IMG/VR virus record: IMGVR_UViG_2806310659_000001
Coordinates: 1-64,000 of that record
DNA: 64,000 bases
Strand: one strand, 5' to 3'
Source: a virus
Taxonomy: Duplodnaviria > Caudoviricetes
Part shown: positions 24,951-34,244 of the stretch, piece after piece
How the letters are laid out: the number at the start of each line of letters is the position of its first letter
Position numbering within the stretch: position 1 is the stretch's first letter
Notes under the pieces: model-generated
What the model saw: the letters and a program-made list of their open reading frames with translations, nothing else
The model's database searches: none
Told to the model about the DNA's origin: nothing
Program-made: the position numbers and the translations under genes

Positions 24951-24977
24951 GGAGAGGGGGCCGAAGCCCCCTCCTCC
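24951..24977 (-). terminator. Stable UUCG hairpin after the major tail gene
   Basis: AGGGGGC-TTCG-GCCCCCT on the minus strand; lacks a U-tract. Confidence 0.5.
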
Positions 24978-24992
24978 ATTCCTCAGTTGTTG

Positions 24993-25913
24993 TTAGCTGA
25001 CCGTGGCTGTAACGGTGTCGGTCAGCTCGGTGCCACCAAGCGGCGTGTAGTGCGCCGTGATGACAGCCGAACCGGCAGCAACACCGGTGATCAGGCCGCC
25101 GGCCGAAACCGTCGCCTTCGTCGGGTCCGCGGACGTGAAGGTGCAGTCCGGGGTGTAGTTGACCCCGTTGTCGCCCTCGACCAGCAGTTGCTGGGTGTGG
25201 CTCGCACCGGTGGCAGCGGTCAGGGTCGCGGTCGACGGAGTCGCCGAGATGGCCGTAACCGGAGCAACGAAGCCGGTCTTGTGGACCAGGTCGCGCCAGC
25301 CGGGGCCGGCGAAGCCCTGTGCAACCGAGTAGCCCGTGGTGCCGTCCTTGAACGCCTTCAGCGTCGGGTGGTACTCGATCACGCCGTCGTCGTTGAGCTG
25401 CTGGTTGTCGATGTCGCTCAGCTTCACCTTGGGCAGCAACCAGTACGGCCAGATCTCCCGGTCGTTACGGTCGTCGAGGCCCAGGATGATCGCCCGGTAG
25501 TAGACGTTCTTCGGCACCGGAGGCGCTTCCAGAACCACACCACCGAAGTCGGACGGAACGACGCCAGAGAAGTCCGCGGCCCAGAACAGTTCCAGCACGT
25601 TGCGCTGGTTCTGGTACATCGCGAAGTCGAACGAAGTCGTACGCTTCGAGATGATGGTGCGGATGGGCTCGGGCTCGCCGTACGCCTCGATGTCGGTCGA
25701 GTCGATCTTGTTGGTGAGCGTGACGCCGGCCTTCTTCTCGAAGTGGCCAACCGACACGTATTCGGCCGGAACGTCCAGCCCACCGTCAGTTGCCGACTCC
25801 AGGGTCAGAACCGGGTCAACAGAGTACGGCGCCAGAAGCACCGCGCAGTTGATTGCAGCGATCGTCAGGTCCGCAAAAACGTCCTTGATCGTTACGAAAT
25901 CACGAGAAGTCAT
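24993..25913 (-). CDS. Major tail protein with C-terminal Ig-like domain
   Basis: SVGHFEKKAGVTL...IEAYGEPEPIRTII; C-terminal FTSADPTKATVSAGGLITGVAAG. Confidence 0.9.
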   Translation of the reverse strand: MTSRDFVTIKDVFADLTIAAINCAVLLAPYSVDPVLTLESATDGGLDVPAEYVSVGHFEKKAGVTLTNKIDSTDIEAYGEPEPIRTIISKRTTSFDFAMYQNQRNVLELFWAADFSGVVPSDFGGVVLEAPPVPKNVYYRAIILGLDDRNDREIWPYWLLPKVKLSDIDNQQLNDDGVIEYHPTLKAFKDGTTGYSVAQGFAGPGWRDLVHKTGFVAPVTAISATPSTATLTAATGASHTQQLLVEGDNGVNYTPDCTFTSADPTKATVSAGGLITGVAAGSAVITAHYTPLGGTELTDTVTATVS

Positions 25914-25955
25914 GTCTTGTGAAGTTGTCCTTATTGAATTGTGGTAGCGCGGACC

Positions 25956-26429
25956 TTATAGACCGCTGATGATTTGGTCGTATCGCGTCCTGTTGCGAAG
26001 ACCGACACGGATTCGGAATGTGGCTGGCACGACCCGCGTATCTATCTGCTGCTCATGGGTGAGCAATTCGGGTCCGGATACCTCTTCCGCGCAATGTATC
26101 TGGGCGGTGTATCCGTCGTTCATCTTGAACTTGAGGCCCTCAATGGGAAGAAGTACCGCACGAATCACCGACATCGCCTTGTTGGACAATGTGCGGTCCG
26201 TCGTGATGACGGTGGCCTGGATAAGGCACTCGTCATAGTTCTTCTCGTAGTCGACGTGGCCGCCGGGTAGGCGGATGAACGTCAACAGCGGTTCCGGGTC
26301 TGACTGGTCTAGCCAGTCGTCGTCTTCCCAAATGCCCATCTTGGTTCCCGGAAAGACTTTGCCGAAGAGATCGATCATGAGTTGTTCGATATCGACGAAG
26401 TTGTCCTTGAACCAGTCGGGAATGATCAT
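25956..26429 (-). CDS. Tail terminator
   Basis: Position before the major tail; PDWF..NFVDIEQL. Confidence 0.75.
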   Translation of the reverse strand: MIIPDWFKDNFVDIEQLMIDLFGKVFPGTKMGIWEDDDWLDQSDPEPLLTFIRLPGGHVDYEKNYDECLIQATVITTDRTLSNKAMSVIRAVLLPIEGLKFKMNDGYTAQIHCAEEVSGPELLTHEQQIDTRVVPATFRIRVGLRNRTRYDQIISGL

Positions 26430-26962
26430 GCAGACATCTCCCTAACTACGGTTTGCAGATCCCTTGCCCCGGGGTGTACGCGCGTGCGGCTGCCCCGTTG
26501 TCGCGAGAGCAATGCGTTGGCGTGTTTGCGCGCTAGCGCCCTCTCCGATGGGGATGCCGCCCGGTCCTGTGAAAGCCGGATGAGGCTGTCCAGGCGCCGC
26601 GATTGTGCCGGTGACAGCTCCTGGGCCGGCGTGACACTGTGCGTGCCAAACTCGTGGAAGACCCCGTAGTAGAACTCCTTGCCGGGGTTCGGGTTACGGG
26701 GGCTATTCCAGGTGCTGACAGGCAGGAGCCCACCCACCAGGATCACGCCGACAAGGCGTGGCTGGCCCTTGATCACTCTGCGGAGTTCGACGAAGGACTG
26801 TGCCGACGCGGCGAGCCGTCCGGTCTTCTTTCGCACCTTGGCCTTGTAGAGGTTTGCACCCCTTGCGGCATGAGCGTTCAGAAGGTTCCGGAGGTTTCCG
26901 GTCTTTCCGGTGAGAATGGCATCGAGCGCCGGATTGGGCCGCGGCGCATCGATGTTAACCAT
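26426..26962 (-). CDS. HK97 gp10-like neck protein
   Basis: KKTGRLAAS...YGVFHEFGT. Confidence 0.7.
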   Translation of the reverse strand: MVNIDAPRPNPALDAILTGKTGNLRNLLNAHAARGANLYKAKVRKKTGRLAASAQSFVELRRVIKGQPRLVGVILVGGLLPVSTWNSPRNPNPGKEFYYGVFHEFGTHSVTPAQELSPAQSRRLDSLIRLSQDRAASPSERALARKHANALLSRQRGSRTRVHPGARDLQTVVREMSA

Positions 26963-27299
26963 TCGTGGAAACCACCTGGAAAAGCGTGTAGCCGAAGTCG
27001 CGTCCGGTAATCGGACTGTCCTGGTCCCACATGGAGTGGCCCACGACGGCGTATTCCTGACCGTTGGACCGCAGAATGCGGTCACGCGGCTTCACGTCGC
27101 TGCCCCGTTTAACCCAGAGCTGCGCAGTGACTGTGGCCGATTCCTTGTGGTCCAAATCGAACCGGTATCGACCAGTGCCCCGTGCGCCATATCCCCAACC
27201 GAAGAACCCCTCAACTGTGTGAGTGGTGTTCACCCGGTTGGACATGGTGTCGGTCTTGCCACGCTGGACGGTGAGAGTTTCGGTCTTCTTAGCCCTCAA
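26955..27299 (-). CDS. Head-to-tail stopper
   Basis: GSDVKPRDRI...YAVVG; TTG start. Confidence 0.7.
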   Translation of the reverse strand: MRAKKTETLTVQRGKTDTMSNRVNTTHTVEGFFGWGYGARGTGRYRFDLDHKESATVTAQLWVKRGSDVKPRDRILRSNGQEYAVVGHSMWDQDSPITGRDFGYTLFQVVSTNG

Positions 27300-27303
27300 C
27301 TCG

Positions 27304-27789
27304 TCACCACCCGTAGTAGAACTGTCCGCGTTCGGGCAGCGGCGGAATCGGGTGGAACTGGTCCACCCACTCGGGCAGGTACGGATTGTCCGTGTACCAC
27401 CAGTCGTCGTAGAAGGATTGCTCCCCCCGCGTCGAGCCGATGGTGAACAGGCCGCTCTTGGTCCTGAACCGCCGCAGGATCTGCTGCTCACCCTTGGTGA
27501 ACAGGTCATCCGGATTGTCGACATAGGTGACCCCGAAGGGACCCATGTTCTCGCTTTGGACGTTTTCTTCCTGATCCAGACGTTCCAGAAGCCGCTTGGT
27601 GGCCAACATGACCACGGCTTGGACATCCTGGGGAACGTCGGCGGGGGCGGCCGGCCATACCCGGCCGGCCACCGCCCTTGCCAACGCAGAGACATTCACC
27701 AGAGCGGATTGCGCCTGGGTAAGGTCATCACCAGCGAAGGTCCGTTTCATGAACGCCTGGAGATCCGTAATGGTCGCCAGGGTTGTCAT
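27304..27789 (-). CDS. Head-to-tail adaptor
   Basis: LATITDL...VPQDVQAVV...ENMGPF; follows the capsid gene. Confidence 0.75.
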   Translation of the reverse strand: MTTLATITDLQAFMKRTFAGDDLTQAQSALVNVSALARAVAGRVWPAAPADVPQDVQAVVMLATKRLLERLDQEENVQSENMGPFGVTYVDNPDDLFTKGEQQILRRFRTKSGLFTIGSTRGEQSFYDDWWYTDNPYLPEWVDQFHPIPPLPERGQFYYGW

Positions 27790-27791
27790 GA

Positions 27792-28967
27792 CTAGCTGAC
27801 CGTGATCGCTACCGTGTCGGTGAGGTTGGCACCCGTCTGCGGGTCCACGTAGGTCGCCGTGATGGTCGTCGAACCAGAGGCGACGCCCGTGACCAGGCCG
27901 GTGCTCGCACCAACGGTCGCCTTGGTGGCGTCCGAGCTGGAGTAGGTGCAAGACGAGGTGCGGTTCACACCGTTACTGTCCTTGACCGTGATCTGCTTGG
28001 TGTGGTTGACACCGGCAGAAGCGGTCACCGTAGCGGCGGACGGCAGGGCGGTGATGCCCGTGACGCCCAGCTTCAGCTTGGTCGCACGGATGAAGCGGTC
28101 ACCCATGGCCGGTTCGGTGACGATCTTGTGACCCACGTAGGTGTCGATCAGGGACCGGTCGGTCAGGTTGACGTAGTCGTAGTCCGAGATCCAGCGCAGG
28201 GCGAAGCCCAGGCTCGACATGCTCGCGCCAGCGACCACCGAAGCGGGCTTGACGGGGGCAACGTTGGACAGAACGAACGCGGTCTTGTGGAACAGAACCG
28301 CCTCGTCGGTGGCCAGCGCGTTGGAGCGGATGACCTGCAAGCCGGCGATGTCCATGACGGTCGCGCGACGCAGGGCCTCGTTGCTGGCGTCACCGCTGTA
28401 CTCGAAGTGACGGAGCTGCTTGTCCTTCAGCAGAACGCTCTCGAACGTCGAGCCGACAACCAGGGTGCGGTTGGCGTCCGGAATGTTCTCGTCGTTCAGG
28501 TACTGCCGGGCGTCCACGATCGACGGGAAGGTGTCATCCGCGTCGGTGTAGAAGGTTTCCTCGTAGGGGGCCGCGTTGAACAGGTTCTGGACGGTGTAGT
28601 CCTCCAGACCGTAAGCAACGGCGTCAGCCTGCGGAACGAGCACCTGCTGGGTGAAGGACGCGATGTCCAACGTCAACTGCTCGTCGGTCAGGTTGACCGC
28701 GGAGTAAACGACGTTGTCCAGCGTCACCGGCAGGACGTACTCGATCAGGTCGTCCGCGGTGACGTTTCGGGCGGCGCCGGTACCACGGAAGGTACGCTCG
28801 CGCGACGCCAGAATGGCCGGGATGCGAACGTTGATGGTGTCGTTTGACGACCCACCGAAGTTAGCGATCGGGTTGGTCCAGATCAACTGCGGCAGGACGA
28901 TCTTGCGCCGAAGCTGCGTCAGGCCGATTTCGGCCAGAAGCGACGGCTTCTGAAACACGTGTGCCAT
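27792..28967 (-). CDS. Major capsid protein with C-terminal Ig-like domain
   Basis: Follows the scaffold; DTINVRIP...VTLD...LTDEQLTLDI (P22-coat-like family). Confidence 0.88.
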   Translation of the reverse strand: MAHVFQKPSLLAEIGLTQLRRKIVLPQLIWTNPIANFGGSSNDTINVRIPAILASRERTFRGTGAARNVTADDLIEYVLPVTLDNVVYSAVNLTDEQLTLDIASFTQQVLVPQADAVAYGLEDYTVQNLFNAAPYEETFYTDADDTFPSIVDARQYLNDENIPDANRTLVVGSTFESVLLKDKQLRHFEYSGDASNEALRRATVMDIAGLQVIRSNALATDEAVLFHKTAFVLSNVAPVKPASVVAGASMSSLGFALRWISDYDYVNLTDRSLIDTYVGHKIVTEPAMGDRFIRATKLKLGVTGITALPSAATVTASAGVNHTKQITVKDSNGVNRTSSCTYSSSDATKATVGASTGLVTGVASGSTTITATYVDPQTGANLTDTVAITVS

Positions 28968-29007
28968 GTTTAGTTGTGTTTGTCCTATTTAGTTGTGCGT
29001 GATGGAT

Positions 29008-29580
29008 TTAACTGGTGAAAGAGGGATCAAACGACCGAATTACATCTGCGGCGGACATTTCCGTACCGCCATCATCGCCACTCGGGGTGACCTTGATCGT
29101 CCCATCCCGGGGTGGCTTCTTCTCGTTCTTCGGAAGCGCTTCCAAGAGAACGTCGATATCGGCGAGGATCTCTTCCTCTGATTCACCGCGGACACGATCC
29201 CAGAACTTGCGAGGGAGTTCCTTCTCGTCCGCCAGAGAGGCGACGAGCTTCTCGCGCTCGAATCCCTTGATCATGTTCTCCCGCTCCGCTAATGCGGCGG
29301 TCAGTTCTTGCAACTTTCTGTCGCGCTTTTCGTCCTCGGACAGCTTCTCGCTCTCAAACTGGTGGACAATGCCCTCCAGTTCGGCGATGCGTGCCGTGGC
29401 CTTCTTTTCCGCGGCCTTCTCGGCGCGTGAAATCCGCCCTTTGATAGCGGCGTCGAACTCAGCCTGCGATGTGATCGGTTTGAACGACTCACTTGCATCG
29501 GACTCCACGTGGTTGCCCGATTCCTCTGTGGCGGTTTCGGCCGCCGGCGCAGACTCAGTAGTGCCAGTTTCTTCTGACAA
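29008..29580 (-). CDS. Scaffolding protein
   Basis: Acidic coiled-coil; FKPITSQAEFD...I..R. Confidence 0.85.
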   Translation of the reverse strand: MSEETGTTESAPAAETATEESGNHVESDASESFKPITSQAEFDAAIKGRISRAEKAAEKKATARIAELEGIVHQFESEKLSEDEKRDRKLQELTAALAERENMIKGFEREKLVASLADEKELPRKFWDRVRGESEEEILADIDVLLEALPKNEKKPPRDGTIKVTPSGDDGGTEMSAADVIRSFDPSFTS

Positions 29581-29640
29581 GGTGTATTTCCTTTGACCTG
29601 CCGTTATGCGTGGCAGTTAACGCTTCCTGGCTTGTGCCAG

Positions 29641-29898
29641 TTACTTGTGGTTCTTGCCCTCGGCGTCCCGCACCTGCTTTGCATGGGTGGCGGGCCAGAT
29701 ACCCAGGGCGTCGTGGTGGCGTTCGGCGCAGTACCCTTCCGGGTCTTTCACCTTGCCTTCGAGATGGGTGACGCAGCGGGCAAAGTCGCCGGGGGTTCCC
29801 CAGCCGATCTGGGCTGCGCCCTCGCCATGACTCCAGTACCAACGAAGCCTGTCGGTCGCCTTGCGATCCGCGGGCGTTACGTTCTTCCCTGCGGTCAA
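29641..29898 (-). CDS. Conserved small head-module protein
   Basis: RLRWYW..GEGAAQIGWGTPGDFARCV..L...GYCAERH..ALG.WP motif. Confidence 0.7.
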   Translation of the reverse strand: MTAGKNVTPADRKATDRLRWYWSHGEGAAQIGWGTPGDFARCVTHLEGKVKDPEGYCAERHHDALGIWPATHAKQVRDAEGKNHK

Positions 29899-29907
29899 GG
29901 CGTCCTC

Positions 29908-30897
29908 CTAGCTAGCATTTAGCTTCGCGATCGTGTCGTCATAGAACTGAACTTGTGGGGAGTCCTCCCCGAACCCGAGATTGATAAGGCGCTCTCGGTT
30001 GGCGCGCACGTTGCCCAAGTCGACGACTGGGGCGTCTTCGTAGGGCGGGGGCGGGACGTAGCCACGGCGGAAAGCCTTGACGGCGTCCTTCCCGCTCGAA
30101 TTGGCAGTGAGTTTGTCCCACTGAGCCTTGAAGTATTTGGCTCGCTCGTCCATCGAGTCCTCCGTGCGGAAGACTGGACGTAGCGAGCACTTGCAGTGGT
30201 CGTGCACCGCGGCGATGTTGTTGCCAAAGTGCTTACTGACCTCGATGAACGAGTCCTGCTTGTAGACGGCGCCCCGTGAGGCGAGCATTGCGCAGAAATA
30301 GCACGGATTGGAGTCCGTGAACCGCGCGTATCCGATCACCCTGCGTTCACGCCGGCTGGACAGTTCCGATTCCGGAACCACCTCGGCGAGCTGTGTGGAC
30401 TGCCGAACGGCCTCGCGACCGCCCTCAGTAGCCTCTTTCACGCCGGCGCCGGTGGATGTCGTCTTGGCGTTGGCCATCGTCTGCCGCTCGATGCCGGCGG
30501 TCATCTCTTCGTTGTTGAGCGCCAGTACCCGGGTCGCGTGTTTGATCGCGGCCGGCCCCGTTACGGTCATCGACGCCCGGACTGAATCTGCCGGGAACGG
30601 GATGTATGGCGTGGGGATTTGACCCGCGGTGGGGTCAATTGCCCACAGCGAGTGCTGGACGAACCGAGTTCCGAGAGTGACTGACTTGGTGAACTGCTTT
30701 TCGAGTTCCAGCATCGCTGCGTGCAACCACGGTGGCGTGCTGCCGTTGAGGTCAGCGAACTTCAGGATCGGAAACAGGATGCCGAGGCCGGCCGCGGTTT
30801 GGGCGGCCAGTGCCTCTTGGTCCATTTGGTGTTGGAAGGCCAGCCAGAGCGCCAAGTCCTGCAATGGTTGCGGCTGGCTCTGCTGGGGCTGGGTCAT
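29908..30897 (-). CDS. Head morphogenesis (MuF-like / capsid maturation) protein
   Basis: YARF...CYFCAMLASRG...HDHCKC; follows the portal. Confidence 0.8.
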   Translation of the reverse strand: MTQPQQSQPQPLQDLALWLAFQHQMDQEALAAQTAAGLGILFPILKFADLNGSTPPWLHAAMLELEKQFTKSVTLGTRFVQHSLWAIDPTAGQIPTPYIPFPADSVRASMTVTGPAAIKHATRVLALNNEEMTAGIERQTMANAKTTSTGAGVKEATEGGREAVRQSTQLAEVVPESELSSRRERRVIGYARFTDSNPCYFCAMLASRGAVYKQDSFIEVSKHFGNNIAAVHDHCKCSLRPVFRTEDSMDERAKYFKAQWDKLTANSSGKDAVKAFRRGYVPPPPYEDAPVVDLGNVRANRERLINLGFGEDSPQVQFYDDTIAKLNAS

Positions 30898-32318
30898 GCC
30901 GTCTGTACCGCCCGGTTACCGGGCTGCCGGTTCGGCTGGGGCGCGTTGGCACCCTCGCCGGCGGGGACAGGCTGGTTAACGCCCCAGTACTTGAGTTCCT
31001 TGTCCGTTGGATCGTCGGACTCGAAGTACTCATCCCACTCGGCGGCTTCCTCCTGCGTGGTGATCTTGCGCCACAGCGCGCGGGCGGGAGCACCCAGCAG
31101 GGCGTGGGCCTTACCCCAGGCATCGACGAGCTGGCCGAGGGAGCGCACGTCGGCGTCGATCCACGTCACGGAGGCGTGGTAGTCGTTGGCCGCGGCCTCA
31201 TCACCCTCGATCCTGGCGCCGAGGCGCAGGAGCGTGTTGTGGCCGTCGCCGAATGTGACCTGGCGGGCTGCGATCTTGTTGCGGGTGTTGGCTCGCATCT
31301 GCTCCAGGGCGTCCGGACCGACGTTGGAGGCGCCGCCGCTCCAGTTCGGGGGGAGCTGGGCGGAGTCCTCAAGGTCGCTGAGGTCGCGCTCGTAGGCCTG
31401 GATGATGTCGCCCATGGGGGTCGCGTCCAGGGTTCCGAAGCGGCTTTCGACGCTCGTGCTGACCAGGGTTTCGGACTGGGAGAGCTGCTGGAGGAATTTA
31501 TCCTGGCTCACGTCGGAGTCGGTGTTGTCCAGGCCGGTGGCCCAGCGCACGCGCCAACTGTTGAAGTGCTGAATCAGCAGGCGGTCAAATTTGGTCTTGT
31601 CCAGGCAGGAGGCGACGGAGATGAGGTCTTCGACCTCGCCCTTGATAATCCCGTCGAGGTCGATCGTGTTGACGTAGCGCACGATCGGCGTCACGCCGAT
31701 GTTGTGCTCGGTCGTCGTAATGGGCGCGTTCTCGGGGAACATGCCGAGCTTCGACATGGGGATGTCGTAGTACTCGTGGTCGTTATAGAAGCGGACCGTC
31801 GATCCGTTGGGCAAGATCTCCAGCGCGTACACCGGGTAGTCGTCGGCGACCTGGTCCTCGTAGAGGCCGAAGCAGCGCATCGGAGACAGGCCTCGAAGAA
31901 CCGCCTTGGCGCCCTCCTCTTCGCCGGGCAGTGCGCGGCCGAAGGCGAAGCCGTACCGCAGTGCGGCGCGGTGGATGGACATTTGGCGTGCGTGCATCCG
32001 GTTGGCGTTCCAGGTCTCCCACGGGCCGGCGACGTTTCCTGTCGAGCCCTGGGTGCGGTAACCGTCGACCAATAGCGTCTGGGTGAAGGCCTCGACCACC
32101 AGGGCGAGCCAGGGGGTCTTGGCGAGGTTCATCAGCGCCCGCTTCTCCTTGCTCGCGTGAGCGGGGACAAGGAACTCGGGCTTGTTGATGTTGCGCGACC
32201 AGGCGTGGATGTATTCCAGCCGCTGTCGCTGCTTCTCGAAGTGCTCCCACACGACATCGTTCAGGTACTGCCTGACGTTGGAGGCGTTGATGTCGGCCGG
32301 GATCTCAATGCTGGCCAT
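30894..32318 (-). CDS. Portal protein
   Basis: Follows the terminase; W..NRM..RQ..IHRAAL.YG, P.VRY.N. Confidence 0.9.
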   Translation of the reverse strand: MASIEIPADINASNVRQYLNDVVWEHFEKQRQRLEYIHAWSRNINKPEFLVPAHASKEKRALMNLAKTPWLALVVEAFTQTLLVDGYRTQGSTGNVAGPWETWNANRMHARQMSIHRAALRYGFAFGRALPGEEEGAKAVLRGLSPMRCFGLYEDQVADDYPVYALEILPNGSTVRFYNDHEYYDIPMSKLGMFPENAPITTTEHNIGVTPIVRYVNTIDLDGIIKGEVEDLISVASCLDKTKFDRLLIQHFNSWRVRWATGLDNTDSDVSQDKFLQQLSQSETLVSTSVESRFGTLDATPMGDIIQAYERDLSDLEDSAQLPPNWSGGASNVGPDALEQMRANTRNKIAARQVTFGDGHNTLLRLGARIEGDEAAANDYHASVTWIDADVRSLGQLVDAWGKAHALLGAPARALWRKITTQEEAAEWDEYFESDDPTDKELKYWGVNQPVPAGEGANAPQPNRQPGNRAVQTA

Positions 32319-33817
32319 CAGGAGACCCCACCGATCAGTAGGCGCCCCGGCTTTTTGGTGTTCAGGGTTTCTTCAACTCCTTCAAGAGTCAGAGCGCGGT
32401 TCGCATAGGAACACGCCACAATCCCGGTGATGTCGATGGAGGTGGACTTGCGTAGCCAGCCCCAGCCCCCGACAAAGTCGGGATTGCCGATGTTGTATTT
32501 GGAGGCACCCGCGAGGCCGGCCAGAAGTGCCGGATCGTCGATGTGGGTGACCTGCGCCCCGTAGATGTCGTCCTCGAACTGCATCGTCGCGTGCGCAACG
32601 TCGGTGGTGCCGAAGTACTTGACCTTGTAACCGATCTGCTCCAGCTCGGGTCCAAAGACGCCGGCCTGTCCGCCAAGTTGCACGACGGCGACCTTGGGCG
32701 GGTTGGAGGAGGTGATCAGTTTCTGGGCGGTCGGGATAATCCAGTTGGTCCCCGAGTCCGCGGCGACAACCTCGACGTGCCGGCGGCCATCGGGCCACCA
32801 TTCGGCAATCGCAATCGAGCCCCGCTGGCGGTCCGGTGACACGTCCACGCAGATTGCGCGGTTGAGTCCGTCATCCGGCGCCATGTCGACCGTGCAGTTC
32901 TTCCACGCATTCAAGTCGATGATCGCGCTCATGGCCGGGTCGTCCCACATGCCAAGGTGCTCGCGGGCGAACTCCTTGATGCCGAGCTTGTGCTCGTACT
33001 CTTCCCGCAGGAAGTCGACCGGGCAGATGCCACGGACACCCAGTGACGGGTTGGCCCGCTTCCAGTTCTCGAAGTCGTGCGGGTCTGACCCCTCTTCGCA
33101 GGACCATTCGGCGAACATGAGGCTCGCTTCCGGGTCCGGATTGGCGTGCAGCAGCTTCCCGCGCTCGCGGATACGGATCAGGACTTCGGAGCCCTCGGTG
33201 CCGGCCGACGTGGTGTACCACGTTTGCGGATTGATCGAGGCCTGCTGAAGCGATGACAGGGAGCCCATCATCACGTCCTCAAGGGCGAAAGCCTCGTCGA
33301 GGACCATCAGATCAATCTTCGTTCGACCACGCTTAGCGTTCTTCCCGCGGGCCACGTAGTGGATGAATCCGGCCTTCTTGTTGCCCTTGGTCGGGTCGTG
33401 GCGAATCGACATCTCTGCGGCGCCCGTTTTGTGGGGCGTAATGCACTCGTCTTCAAGCTCCTCGCAGTTGCCAATGAAGGTGGTCAACTCGCGAAAAGCG
33501 TCGCGTGCAGTGTCGAACTCGTGGGCGGAGTGCATGATGCGCTCGCCGAGCAGGAATAGGCCGGCCAATTGGCGGGCATAGACGCAAACGTTCTTGCCGT
33601 TCTGCCGCGGCGCGATCAGAAGAACCGATTTGGCGCACCAGCGGGTGTCGACGTTCTGCCCCATCGACTTGCGAACGATCATTTCCTCCCACGGGAGGAG
33701 TTCGAGACCGCAAATGCCAGCTAGGTCGATCGCGTCGTCGCCGAGAGTGGTGAAGTATGCAGGGTAGTGTTCGAGGCGCGGGGTCTGATATCCAATCAGA
33801 CCGTCCATGGCACCCAT
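32318..33817 (-). CDS. Terminase large subunit
   Basis: APRQNGKN Walker A, LMVLDEA Walker B, ANPSLG, nuclease Asp motifs. Confidence 0.95.
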   Translation of the reverse strand: MGAMDGLIGYQTPRLEHYPAYFTTLGDDAIDLAGICGLELLPWEEMIVRKSMGQNVDTRWCAKSVLLIAPRQNGKNVCVYARQLAGLFLLGERIMHSAHEFDTARDAFRELTTFIGNCEELEDECITPHKTGAAEMSIRHDPTKGNKKAGFIHYVARGKNAKRGRTKIDLMVLDEAFALEDVMMGSLSSLQQASINPQTWYTTSAGTEGSEVLIRIRERGKLLHANPDPEASLMFAEWSCEEGSDPHDFENWKRANPSLGVRGICPVDFLREEYEHKLGIKEFAREHLGMWDDPAMSAIIDLNAWKNCTVDMAPDDGLNRAICVDVSPDRQRGSIAIAEWWPDGRRHVEVVAADSGTNWIIPTAQKLITSSNPPKVAVVQLGGQAGVFGPELEQIGYKVKYFGTTDVAHATMQFEDDIYGAQVTHIDDPALLAGLAGASKYNIGNPDFVGGWGWLRKSTSIDITGIVACSYANRALTLEGVEETLNTKKPGRLLIGGVS

Positions 33818-33871
33818 GGCGCGTCAGGCTCGATGGTAAGGAAGCCGACCTCTGTGTATTCGTCGGGCCAT

Positions 33872-34222
33872 TCACTGTCCTGCGGCACGCTTCTCCCTCT
33901 TTTCCCGCTGCTCGGCCAGGCGATCGGCCACTGAGACCTTCTCGCCGGCAGTTGGCAGCTCCTTGAAGCCCATCCGGGTCAAGATGGCGGACAACGCGGC
34001 CAACTGCTGACGCTGCTCAGGGATCAGGGGATTGATGATCTCTGTTCCCTGCTTGTTCACGTCAGTGAGGCCGCGACGCGGGATCTCTTTGTCTATTTCG
34101 TCCAAGCGGTCGGCAATCCGGCAGGCATTCAGGAGGAGAGTCTTGTGCGGGACCGAAAGTTCCCGGTCTTTACTGACCTCATCCCATAATGCTTGGCCGG
34201 CTTCCCCGAGGCCGTCCGTCAA
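33872..34222 (-). CDS. Terminase small subunit
   Basis: LGEAGQALW...ACRIADRLD...E.RQQ; upstream of TerL. Confidence 0.8.
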   Translation of the reverse strand: MTDGLGEAGQALWDEVSKDRELSVPHKTLLLNACRIADRLDEIDKEIPRRGLTDVNKQGTEIINPLIPEQRQQLAALSAILTRMGFKELPTAGEKVSVADRLAEQREKREKRAAGQ

Positions 34223-34244
34223 TGGAACCTCCTGGTTTGTCGGG

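Noticed and set aside
30810-32075. Long plus-strand ORFs antisense to structural genes (also 22653-23732, 24987-25922, 19128-20003, 44849-45928)
   Set aside because: Shadow ORFs expected from high-GC codon bias; the opposite strand encodes clearly recognisable proteins.
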